From NCBI GenBank assembly GCA_900766895.1, contig CAAFXF010000065.1:1-60741 (forward strand): 60,741 bases of DNA, written 5' to 3'. Positions within the stretch are counted from its first letter, which is position 1. The number at the start of each line of letters is the position of its first letter. A program made the position numbers and the translations under genes. Below are positions 21,816-30,623 of the stretch, piece by piece. The notes under the pieces are model-generated. The model ran no database searches and was not told the origin of the DNA. It worked only from the letters and a program-made list of their open reading frames with translations. The DNA is from Clostridia bacterium (GTDB lineage: Bacteria; Bacillota; Clostridia; Oscillospirales; Acutalibacteraceae).

Positions 21816-22835
21816 TTATTCTGCTGTTACAGCCTCGTAGCCGTCAGGAATAATAGCATTGAATGCCTTTGCCTGAGCCTCGTTATACTTGTAGGTAAGG
21901 CCGGCAGTTTGCTGAATGTTCATTGTTGCAGGATCCTTGCCGTTTACAAGAATATCGTATGCCATTTCTGCAGTTGTCTGGCCAAGTGCATAGTAAGAAA
22001 TTGAAAGTGTTGCAACTGCGTTTGTGTTGGTGAAGATACCCTCTTCACCTGCGATAACAGGAGTGTTTGCATTCTTGCACGCATCTGCGATAACTGCACC
22101 GTTTGATGCTGCTGTGTTGTCGGTTGGGATGTAAATAACATCAACCTCTGCTGCAGCCTTCTTTGCTACTGCAGAAATATCGTTTGAGTCAGAGAATGCA
22201 AAGTATTCACACTCAACACCCTTTGCGGCAAGTGCTTCCTTAACACCGTCTGCCTGTGGCTTTGAGTTAGCCTCTGCAGAACAGTAGATAACGCCAACCT
22301 TCTTTGTTTCAGGGAACAAATCCAAAATCTGCTGTGCCTGCTTGTCAAGAGGAGCAAGGTCGCTTGTACCTGTTACGTTAATGCCTGTTGCATCTGTCGG
22401 GCCCATCTCGATATCAAGAGCTGCTGCGTAATCTGTTACAGATGTGCCTACTACAGGAGTCTTTGAAGCAGCTGTTGCTGTTACACAAGCCTGAAGAGCA
22501 GGAGTTGCGTTTGCCATAATCAAGTCGTACTGTGATGAAACGAACTTGTTTGCGATGGTTGTGCAGTTTGCAGAATCACCTGATGCGTTTTGATAATCAA
22601 ACTCGAATGTTACGCCGTTAGCCTCGCCAAGCTCTGTAAGCTTGTCCTGGAAGCCCTTTGTTGCTGCATCAAGAGCATCATGTGTTACAAGCTGGCAAAT
22701 ACCGATCTTGTATGTCTTTACTTCGGCTGTTTGATCGTCGCCGTTATCCTTTGCTGCAGAACAGCCTGCAAGCGCACCGCCTACCATAACTGCGGCAAGA
22801 GCCACAGCGGTAATCTTTTTTGTTAACTTTTTCAT
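21816..22835 (-). CDS. ABC transporter substrate-binding lipoprotein (TrpX-like)
   Basis: Lipobox LAGC, HDALDAATKGF, NVTGTSD, IYIPTDN. Confidence 0.88.
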   Translation of the reverse strand: MKKLTKKITAVALAAVMVGGALAGCSAAKDNGDDQTAEVKTYKIGICQLVTHDALDAATKGFQDKLTELGEANGVTFEFDYQNASGDSANCTTIANKFVSSQYDLIMANATPALQACVTATAASKTPVVGTSVTDYAAALDIEMGPTDATGINVTGTSDLAPLDKQAQQILDLFPETKKVGVIYCSAEANSKPQADGVKEALAAKGVECEYFAFSDSNDISAVAKKAAAEVDVIYIPTDNTAASNGAVIADACKNANTPVIAGEEGIFTNTNAVATLSISYYALGQTTAEMAYDILVNGKDPATMNIQQTAGLTYKYNEAQAKAFNAIIPDGYEAVTAE

Positions 22836-22878
22836 TGAAGATAACCTCACTTATTCACTTATTTATTAGAGTGTGTTC

Positions 22879-22907
22879 AGTTTAGCACATAAAAGTGTTA
22901 AAGTCAA
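22879..22907 (-). promoter_or_regulatory. sigma-A promoter with an overlapping YerC/TrpR-type operator
   Basis: TTGACT-N17-TAAACT; palindrome TTTAGCAC-ATAAAA-GTGTTAAA spans the spacer. Confidence 0.6.
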
Positions 22908-23030
22908 CAAGGTGACACATATTCATCAATGAAACATTTTTACTGATTTTTTGAACATCATAAAAAATGATGATAGTAGGTATAAATATCGGTGATAATA
23001 AAGCAGTGTTTTATCCCCTCAATCGAATAT

Positions 23031-23141
23031 TTTATCCCCTCAGTCTCGCTTCGCTCAACAGCTCCCCTTACCATAAGGGGAGCCTATTTGCCTCCCCTTG
23101 TTGCAAGGGGAGGTGGGTGCGTAGCACTCGGAGGGGATAAA
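23031..23141. repeat. bipartite REPIN/MITE-like element, full copy (A-B)
   Basis: TTTATCCCCTC...GAGGGGATAAA terminal IR enclosing four hairpins. Confidence 0.9.
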
Positions 23142-23151
23142 CCAACACAAT

Positions 23152-24102
23152 TCACGCTGTATATATGGGCGACGTTACCGCCAAAATCTTTTTTACTCCG
23201 TTAACCTTACCCCACAGCTCTGCACGGTACCAATGATTAGGCTTCAGATTAATGTGCACATGGCGCTCGGACACGGCAGTTTCCATAACACACTCGCCGT
23301 TATTTGTGATAAGCTTAATTATATTATGCTCAACCTCCTCATTACCCGAATTCTTTTCTCTTGAATGAAGGTCAATAAAGAAGCTAAACACGGCATTACC
23401 TTTTTTCATTGTTTCGCCGATAGAGTAGGTGTTGCCCTTTTGGTGCACCCTAAAGAAAAACTTGGCACCCGTTGATGCAACTGTTTTGCCCATACGTATT
23501 GCCCTGATGGCATTTTGCTCGTTTATCTCGCCGTCAATGTCAAGATATGTACAGCCGTAGTGTCCCTTTGCTTCATTCCTATGCCAATCTCTGCCATAGG
23601 TGCAGGCAATGTGATAGCCCTTGTCAAGAAGCTCTGTCCAAAAGGCAAGCGCCCTGTCGTTTTCGTAATTGTCAAACGAAAAGGCATTGTGCCAAACCTC
23701 GATGTAATCTACATTTCGCCAATTACGAACATTAAATTCCCATCTGCCTCCGGTGCACATCGGTGAGCCAAGCTGGAACGGATGAGCCACGCCGACTATT
23801 CCGCCCGCTTCCTTTATCTGTTCTATTTTATCGTCTATATTATCGGGATTTGCATCACGCCAATCCACAAAGGATTTAGCTCCAAGCACAAGCATATGTC
23901 CAAAGTATGTAGTCCACTCTATGCCTCTGATAGCAGGGGTAATACTGTCATCAAGCTCTGCACAGCCGCTAAAGGTATTGTGGTCGGTAAGAGCAATAAG
24001 CGCAAGGTGGTCGTCTGCCGCCCTTTGCAAAAGCTCCTTTGTTGTAAAGCTTCCGTCACTGTTTACGGTATGGCAATGCAATTCGCACGGGAGATAGCTC
24101 AT
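23152..24102 (-). CDS. PHP-domain metallohydrolase (CehA/McbA-like)
   Basis: ELHCHTVNSDG, ALTDHNT, GIEWTTYFGH, AHPF, GRDWH. Confidence 0.85.
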   Translation of the reverse strand: MSYLPCELHCHTVNSDGSFTTKELLQRAADDHLALIALTDHNTFSGCAELDDSITPAIRGIEWTTYFGHMLVLGAKSFVDWRDANPDNIDDKIEQIKEAGGIVGVAHPFQLGSPMCTGGRWEFNVRNWRNVDYIEVWHNAFSFDNYENDRALAFWTELLDKGYHIACTYGRDWHRNEAKGHYGCTYLDIDGEINEQNAIRAIRMGKTVASTGAKFFFRVHQKGNTYSIGETMKKGNAVFSFFIDLHSREKNSGNEEVEHNIIKLITNNGECVMETAVSERHVHINLKPNHWYRAELWGKVNGVKKILAVTSPIYTA

Positions 24103-24539
24103 TTTGTTTCACCTTCTATATCAATAGTATAGTCTATATCACAGCCTGCAAAATGAACATTAAGCACGACCGCCCATTCCCCTGCCTGAACAGGAGAATT
24201 GTTTATTCCGCTTGTGGAGCCCTTGTCTGCAATAATGACAGTTTGCTCGTTAGGTTGACGGTGACAGGCACCGCGATAGCTACCGTTTTCGTCAAACGAA
24301 AGTGTAACGAGGTTTTTAACAGGCAAAAAGGACGAAACATTGACAACCGCGGTGTCACATCTTCTAAGCCCCTCGGCAACAAGACGCATTGCGCGGTCCT
24401 CGTCCTCCACCTCCTTGGGAGAATAGCTGTACCTGACAACAAGCCTATCCACACCGTCGGGCACGGTAAAGGAGTGAGATATATTTGTTTTGTCGTCGGC
24501 AGGGGTTATCCTGCCTGTGTATGAAAAAATGTTCATCAT
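24099..24539 (-). CDS. hypothetical beta-rich protein coupled to the PHP hydrolase
   Basis: ATGA overlap with the downstream gene; SHSFTVP...YSYSP...YRGACHR...GEW pattern. Confidence 0.7.
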   Translation of the reverse strand: MMNIFSYTGRITPADDKTNISHSFTVPDGVDRLVVRYSYSPKEVEDEDRAMRLVAEGLRRCDTAVVNVSSFLPVKNLVTLSFDENGSYRGACHRQPNEQTVIIADKGSTSGINNSPVQAGEWAVVLNVHFAGCDIDYTIDIEGETK

Positions 24540-24639
24540 AATCACCGTATAAAAATATATACTAAATTATACCATTATATATTACGTTATGCTATTGATA
24601 AAAAGTAACAAATAATTTATAATGTTATTGGTGATAATT

Positions 24640-25530
24640 ATGAAGACAGATTTGAGAAGATGGATGAGCGACATTGACAGTGCAAAAAGCCTGTATCGGA
24701 TTACCCTGCCGGGCAGTCACGATTGCGTTACACAATATGTTCAGTTTCCCCATATCAGCAAAACGCAAAACAGCAATATATACGAACAGCTGAACATCGG
24801 CATACGCGCCCTTGACATCAGAGTGCAAAGCCGCGGCGACAGGCTGAAATGTGTGCACGGCTTTGCAAAGGCATTTAACACACCCAACCGCCTCGGCAAC
24901 CAAATGGACCTTGCGGATGTTTTGGGACATTGCTATAATTTTTTGAACAAAAATCCAAGCGAAGCAATTATTTTTCAGTTCAAAAACGACAGCAACAAGG
25001 AAAACGAAAAATGCTTTAACAACCTGTTTTACACCTACATCAAGGGCAACGAGGACAAATGGTACACCAAAAATCAGGTGCCGAGCCTTGATGAAGCAAG
25101 GGGCAAAATTGTTTTAATACGCAGGTGCAAAATGGAAGCTGATAACCCTGATTTTACAGACGACAGCACCGGGCTTGATTTTTCACGTTGGGTTGAGCAA
25201 ACAACGGCAGAGCCACAGCCGTTAATGCTTGAAACAAACAGCAGGGACAATGCAGTTTTTGTAATTCAGGACAGGTTTAAGTACAAGCCACAGCAAAGGT
25301 GGGACGACTGCCTAAAGCCGTTTTTAGATTCTATGACAGAATTTGACGGCAGGTATGTTATCAACTACACATCAACGGCAGGAGGAATAAAGGGTCCGAG
25401 GTATAACGCGTCTGTTCTTAACCCACTTGTTATGCAATACCCGCTTGACAAGGGCAAATACTACGGCACAATCTACCTTGATTTCCCAACACCCGAGCTA
25501 ACTCAAAAAATAATAGAACATAACTTCTAA
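24640..25530 (+). CDS. phosphatidylinositol-specific phospholipase C X-domain protein
   Basis: WMSDI....ITLPGSHD, QLNIGIRALDIR, VHG, FLNKNPSEAII, PSLDEARGKIVL; no signal peptide. Confidence 0.85.
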   Translation: MKTDLRRWMSDIDSAKSLYRITLPGSHDCVTQYVQFPHISKTQNSNIYEQLNIGIRALDIRVQSRGDRLKCVHGFAKAFNTPNRLGNQMDLADVLGHCYNFLNKNPSEAIIFQFKNDSNKENEKCFNNLFYTYIKGNEDKWYTKNQVPSLDEARGKIVLIRRCKMEADNPDFTDDSTGLDFSRWVEQTTAEPQPLMLETNSRDNAVFVIQDRFKYKPQQRWDDCLKPFLDSMTEFDGRYVINYTSTAGGIKGPRYNASVLNPLVMQYPLDKGKYYGTIYLDFPTPELTQKIIEHNF

Positions 25531-25644
25531 TTTATCCCCTCCGAGTGCTACGCACCCACCTCCCCTTGCAACAAGGGGAGGCAAAATAAGGCTCCCCTTA
25601 TGGTAAGGGGAGCTGTCGTCATTTATGACGACTGAGGGGATAAA
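25531..25644. repeat. bipartite REPIN/MITE-like element, full copy (B-A)
   Basis: Starts at the base after the PI-PLC stop; same terminal IR and hairpins. Confidence 0.9.
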
Positions 25645-25713
25645 ACCAAAAAACAACAAACGCGGATAGAACACATCAATGTTCAGTCCGCGTTTTACTT
25701 ATTAACAATATTT

Positions 25714-27168
25714 TTATCTGTCGTTGCAGGTGAGGCGGATGCCGAGCTCCTTGAGCATTTTTTCATCAACCGCCGAAAGCATAACAGAGCAATGCATTTC
25801 GCAATTGTTCAGCTTGTCGAGCTGTGCAAGAGCCTTTTTTGCATTTTCGTCCGTTACCGCTGAAATTGCAAGAGCAATAAGAATTTCGTTAATGTGAAGC
25901 TGTGGATTTTTTGCGCCGAGGTGATTTGTTTTCAGGTTTTCTATCGGCTTGATAACCTCGGGGTCGATAAGAGTAATATCATCCATATTTGCAAGCGCCT
26001 TAAGCGCATTTAGCATGGTTGCACTCACGCATCCCATAATAACAGATGTTTTGCCTGTGATAATTCTGCCATTGTCAAGCTCTATCGCAGCGGCAGGAGC
26101 ACCTGTTTTTTCTGCAAGCTCCTCGGCTGCTTCAACACACTTTCTGTCGTATGTATTGAGCAGTGCATTGTTGAGCAAAAGCTCAAGCTTGTAAATCTCG
26201 CTGTCGTTTTTTGCACCGCGTTTTTTGTTGCATTTTGCAGAAAAGTATCTGCGGATAATTTCGTTATTAGACGCCTCGCACACGGCATCATTATCAACAA
26301 TGCAGTTGCCCGCCATATTTACACCCATATCGGTAGGTGACTTGTAAGGGCATTTGCCGTAAATCTTATCAAAGGTTGCCTTGAGCACAGGGAAAATCTC
26401 TACATCACGGTTATAGTTAACGGTTGTTTCACCGTAAGCCTCAAGGTGCCACGGGTCTATCATATTAACGTCGTTAAGGTCGGCGGTTGCCGCCTCGTAC
26501 GCAATGTTGACAGGGTGATTAAGCGGAATATTCCAAATAGGAAATGTCTCAAACTTTGCGTAGCCTGCCTTAACACCTCGCTTGTTTTCGTGGTAAAGCT
26601 GTGACAGGCAGGTTGCCATTTTTCCGCTGCCGGGGCCGGGAGCAGTGATAACCACAAGCTCTCGCTCGGTTTCTATATAATCATTTTTACCGTAGCCGTC
26701 ATCCGACACAATCTTTGAAATATTATTTGGATAGCCGTCAATCAAATAATGATGATATGCCTTAATGCCTGCTGCTGCAAGCCTTTCCTCAAAAGCCAAA
26801 ACCTTTGGGGTGGCTGTGTACTTTGTAAGACAAACGGAGCCGACAAAAAGCCCCTTGCTCCTAAAAGCGTCAATAAGGCGGAACACATCAACATCATAGG
26901 TTATGCCAAGGTCGCCCCTGATTTTATTCTTTTCAATATCGTCAGCGCTGATAACCACAACAATCTCTGCCTCGTCCTTAAGCTGAAGAAGCATTTGAAG
27001 CTTGCTGTCGGGCAAAAATCCCGGCAGTACCCTGCTTGCGTGATAGTCGTCAAAAAGCTTTCCGCCGAACTCAAGATAAAGCTTTCCGCCGAATTCTGCA
27101 ATACGCTCCTTAATTCTGCTTGATTGCATAGATAAGTATTTGTCGTTATCAAAACCGATTTTGTACAT
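25714..27168 (-). CDS. DUF1846 (UPF0371) family protein
   Basis: KIGFDNDKYL..QS..I.ERI, LYLEFGGKLFDDYHASRVLPGF, TAPGPGSGKMATCLSQLYH. Confidence 0.9.
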   Translation of the reverse strand: MYKIGFDNDKYLSMQSSRIKERIAEFGGKLYLEFGGKLFDDYHASRVLPGFLPDSKLQMLLQLKDEAEIVVVISADDIEKNKIRGDLGITYDVDVFRLIDAFRSKGLFVGSVCLTKYTATPKVLAFEERLAAAGIKAYHHYLIDGYPNNISKIVSDDGYGKNDYIETERELVVITAPGPGSGKMATCLSQLYHENKRGVKAGYAKFETFPIWNIPLNHPVNIAYEAATADLNDVNMIDPWHLEAYGETTVNYNRDVEIFPVLKATFDKIYGKCPYKSPTDMGVNMAGNCIVDNDAVCEASNNEIIRRYFSAKCNKKRGAKNDSEIYKLELLLNNALLNTYDRKCVEAAEELAEKTGAPAAAIELDNGRIITGKTSVIMGCVSATMLNALKALANMDDITLIDPEVIKPIENLKTNHLGAKNPQLHINEILIALAISAVTDENAKKALAQLDKLNNCEMHCSVMLSAVDEKMLKELGIRLTCNDR

Positions 27169-27197
27169 TACATTACCCCCTCTTGCCACAAAACATC

Positions 27198-27281
27198 AAA
27201 AACAGATTAAACTCAATGTTCAATCTGTTTTTATCCCCTCAGTCACCTGCGGTGACAGCTCCCCTTACAATAAGGGGAGCC
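27198..27281. repeat. CAGATT hairpin + single REP A-unit
   Basis: AAAAACAGATT...AATCTGTTT, then TTTATCCCCTCAGTCACC-tgc-GGTGACAGCTCCCCTTA-caa-TAAGGGGAGCC. Confidence 0.85.
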
Positions 27282-27486
27282 GAGTACAATCTCTTATACC
27301 TCTTTATAAACAGACAAAGACAGATGCACAAAACATCTGTCTGTACTTACCTATTATAAAGTATGGAGAGGAACTTTTCAATAGGTATTTTTAGTTTTTT
27401 TGATTATTTATTTTTGCGTATTCCGAGGCTTTTTAACGAAGAGTAAGGGCAAATCAGCCAATTTGAACCACGGTTCGGATTGCTCT

Positions 27487-28089
27487 TTATTGCCTACCCT
27501 TTAGGAACGGACGAAGCGGCTTGTAAATCAATGCACAGATTACAACGCTTATCAATCCCTTGATAAATGTAAACGGAACATTATAGATAAGGATTGCCAT
27601 TTCTATGCTCTTAACATTAAACAGCTCCTGATAAACTGCAAGCACTGCTTCCTTTGGCATAAAGTTGTAGTAAAACGGATAAACAACAAAGAGGTTTGAC
27701 GGATAGCTGACAAGTGCCATAGCTGCCGCACCGATTACACCGCCGAGGATTGCACTCTTTTTTGTTTTGCCCTTTTGGTAAATAAGTCCTGCCGTAAGGG
27801 TGAACACCGCACCGAGAATAAAGTTTGAAAGCTCGCCGACATATCCGCTTTTGCTTACTGCAAGGTGGATAATGTTTTTAACAAGCTCAATAAGCACACC
27901 GGCAACAGGGCCGTACGCAAATGCACCGAGAAGCGCAGGCAAATCGGAAAAGTCAAGCGCAATAAAGCTTACGGGTGACGGAATTTCCAAATACTGAAGC
28001 GCAGTTGCCACAGCGGCAAGCACACCGCTTCCTACAATAAGGTGGGTTTTGTTTGGCTTGTTTGATTTTGTGATGCTTGTTTTTGACAT
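27487..28089 (-). CDS. ribU: ECF transporter S component, riboflavin
   Basis: LDFSDLPALLGAFAYGPVAGVLIELVKN, VGELSNF; preceded by an FMN riboswitch. Confidence 0.85.
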   Translation of the reverse strand: MSKTSITKSNKPNKTHLIVGSGVLAAVATALQYLEIPSPVSFIALDFSDLPALLGAFAYGPVAGVLIELVKNIIHLAVSKSGYVGELSNFILGAVFTLTAGLIYQKGKTKKSAILGGVIGAAAMALVSYPSNLFVVYPFYYNFMPKEAVLAVYQELFNVKSIEMAILIYNVPFTFIKGLISVVICALIYKPLRPFLKGRQ

Positions 28090-28121
28090 AGTTAATCCTT
28101 TCCTGCCCGGGATGGCATAAG

Positions 28122-28150
28122 AAAAACCCCAACATAAAGATATGTTGGGG
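28122..28150 (-). terminator. riboswitch-controlled terminator
   Basis: CCCCAACATA-...-TATGTTGGGG-TTTTT on the minus strand between the aptamer and ribU. Confidence 0.75.
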
Positions 28151-28213
28151 CGAAAGACAAGCTCTGCTCACCTGCACTGCATCATAGCACAGGCAATTAA
28201 ATATCAGCTTCAT

Positions 28214-28330
28214 ATTTCTTTCATCCGGACTGTAACCGTCGGTTTTGGAATTGCACCAAATCAGCTGTCTTGCGACAGGTCGTGGACTGTACCACCGGTG
28301 AGGAATTGCACCTCGCCCCGAAATATTTTG
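28214..28330 (-). ncRNA. FMN riboswitch (RFN element)
   Basis: TTCGGGGCGAGGTGCAATTCCTCACCGGTGGTACAGTCCACGA...GCTGATTTGGTGCAATTCCAAAACCGACGGTTACAGTCCGGATGAAAGAA. Confidence 0.95.
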
Positions 28331-28375
28331 TATTCCTATAATAATATGTATCACACAATTTGTCAATACCGAATA

Positions 28376-29098
28376 TTATTCTAAATTGTTTGTTATCAGC
28401 ATAATTGCCGTTAATGCGGCAACGGGAGCCGTTTGGGTACGGAGGATTCGCTTGCCGAGGGTTGCACGAACTCCGCCTGCTTTCTCTATCAGCTCTACCT
28501 CTGATTCCTCAAATCCGCCCTCGGGCCCGATAAACACTGCAACGCTTTTTGCATTTGGCTTTACGATATCTGTCAGCCTTTCGCCGCCTCCCTCGTAAAA
28601 CACTATCTTAACCTCGCTGTCGTCATCGACTACTGCTTGCTTTAAGGTTTTCATATTTTGAATTTGCGGAACTATTCCTCGTCCGCTTTGCTGTGCCGCC
28701 TCAAGTGCAATCTTTTGGTAGCGCACATTCTTTTTGCCTGCCGATTTGTCATCCGGCCTTGAAACACAGCGCTTGGTAAGCGTTGGCACAATTTCCGTTA
28801 CGCCAAGCTCAACACACTTTTGAATAATATCCTCAAGCTTACTGCTCTTTGGCACACCCTGATAGATAGTCACCCTGCATGTAGGCTCGCTTTCGCACGC
28901 CTGCTTGTAGCAAACCTTTAGGACAACCTCATCCCTTGTGATTTCCTCTATCTGACAGCCGTAGTCCTCTGCACCGCCGTCGGTAACGCAAATCATATCT
29001 CCCACACGCATACGCAGTGATTTTGCAATATGCCTTGCACTCTCGCCGTCGAGCACAATTCTTTCCCCGTCTACACTATCAACAAATAACTTTTGCAT
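28376..29098 (-). CDS. rsmE: 16S rRNA m3U1498 methyltransferase
   Basis: QKCVELGV, EAAQQSGR, FIGPEGGF, LGKRILRTQTA. Confidence 0.93.
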   Translation of the reverse strand: MQKLFVDSVDGERIVLDGESARHIAKSLRMRVGDMICVTDGGAEDYGCQIEEITRDEVVLKVCYKQACESEPTCRVTIYQGVPKSSKLEDIIQKCVELGVTEIVPTLTKRCVSRPDDKSAGKKNVRYQKIALEAAQQSGRGIVPQIQNMKTLKQAVVDDDSEVKIVFYEGGGERLTDIVKPNAKSVAVFIGPEGGFEESEVELIEKAGGVRATLGKRILRTQTAPVAALTAIMLITNNLE

Positions 29099-29106
29099 TG
29101 TTCACC

Positions 29107-29925
29107 TCATAAATTATTCCTTGCCCAATGGAACAGATATTGCTGTGCTATGCCCTCAATACCCTCAAAGCTTTTGGGCAGGCCGTTTGGGTAAAGCTCC
29201 ATTACGCGCTTCATCCAAACATCAAGGGGCAGGCAGGAATAAAACTGCATACCGAACAGCAGTGCGCAGTTTGCAACCTTTTCGCCCACGCCGTAAATTT
29301 TTAACAGCTCCTTTTTTGCATCTGCAAGCGGTAGGGATTTTATGTATTAAAGGTCAATCCCTCCCCCTGCCACGCCCTTTGCAAGCGCCTCAAGATATTT
29401 TGCACGGTAGCCCGTGCCGAGCGCCTCAAAATCCTCAACGGTCAGCTCGGCAAGCCTCTGTGCAGACGGAAACGAATAATAACCATTTGCAACCTCGTCG
29501 CCGTATGCCCTGCAAAGACGCGATATAATCAGCTTAATTCTTTTAATATTGTTCTGCTGGCTGATAACAAAAGAGCAAAGCGCCTCCCAGCTGTCTTGGT
29601 TAAGAATACGAATTCCGTAATATTCATCAACAGTGGATTTGAGAAGACTGTCCTGACGGAGCCTGTCGCAGATTTCGTCATAATCCTTTTCCAAATCAAA
29701 GTAGCCCACCCAAAAGGAATTAAAAACCTCCTCGGTAGTGTTGTGAAAAATTAAGGTATCGTCCTTTTTTTCTATATGCAAAAAATGTCCGCCTGCAACT
29801 CCGCAGTACGAGCCGTCGTCCTGACGCTCCCACCTGAATGCCTGACCGCAATCAAGAGTCAGGTCTAAATCAAGGCAGGTTACACCGTCAACAATTATAT
29901 CATCATTTTGTATCTTGATGTTCAT
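29107..29925 (-). pseudogene. ogg: 8-oxoguanine DNA glycosylase interrupted by an in-frame TAA at 29347-29349
   Basis: TLDCGQAFRW, GIRILNQD.WE...SFVISQQNNIKRI; the same frame continues *YIKSLPLADAKKELLKIYGVGEKVANC...PLDVW. Confidence 0.85.
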
Positions 29926-30004
29926 ATCTTTTCCTCAAAATCACTATTTGTAATAATTGAATTATATCATTTTTTTGTCAAGACTGAAAGTCAAAAATAG
30001 CAAT

Positions 30005-30153
30005 TTATACAAAAAATTCAAAAATAATTTTTGGTTGAAAACTATGTGTAAAATGTTGAAAGTTATGCATAATTCGAGTTTTCAACACTCAAAAACTGCG
30101 AATTATAGCCTTTTGGGTGCAAGTTTTACACCTTTTCCACATAGTTTTCCACA
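30005..30153. promoter_or_regulatory. DnaA-box cluster
   Basis: TTWTNCACA matches at 30045-30053 (reverse), 30133-30141 and 30145-30153; one-mismatch boxes at 30005, 30063, 30079 and 30124; AT-rich intergenic region. Confidence 0.7.
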
Positions 30154-30250
30154 TTTTTGATTTTCGACTTTTTATTACGATTTGTTATTCCAAAACGATG
30201 TCAAGAAAAAATTTCTGTAAAAAATGTAGAAAATGATGTTGCCGAATTTT

Positions 30251-30280
30251 GAATATTTTTTATGTAATTTTCAAACACTA
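30251..30280 (+). promoter_or_regulatory. possible forespore (SigG/SigF-type) promoter
   Basis: GAATA-N18-AACACTA upstream of the sleB-containing unit. Confidence 0.35.
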
Positions 30281-30330
30281 TTTGTATAATTTGGTGCACC
30301 CAAAATATGCACCCTGAAAGGAAGCTGAAA

Positions 30331-30606
30331 ATGTTAAAGGGAGTAAACAAGCAAATACTTGAAATCACCAATCCGGAATCACCGTATTTTGAAAAAATTA
30401 TCTTTTTTGTTCGTCCCGATTCGCAGGGCTATGACGACAAAGCAATAAAAACCGAGGCTGAAAAAATATCAACATCAACTGCACTGCGACCGCCAAAGCA
30501 AAAAAGAAGCACAAAACGAATACTATTAATTGCCCTGTATGCAGGGTTGTCGGTTTTGTGCTCGGCGTGTGTGGCATTTTTGCTAAAAGATTTTAATGTT
30601 ATTTAA
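30331..30606 (+). CDS. small hypothetical protein with C-terminal TM
   Basis: MLKGVNKQILEI....SPYFEKIIFFVRP; C-terminal hydrophobic helix; AAGGAAG RBS. Confidence 0.7.
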   Translation: MLKGVNKQILEITNPESPYFEKIIFFVRPDSQGYDDKAIKTEAEKISTSTALRPPKQKRSTKRILLIALYAGLSVLCSACVAFLLKDFNVI

Positions 30607-30623
30607 GGAGAGACTAAAGGCTT

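Noticed and set aside
29347..29349. Programmed recoding (Sec/Pyl) or frameshift in ogg
   Set aside because: The codon is TAA, not TGA/TAG, both halves are in the same frame, and no other gene shows internal stops
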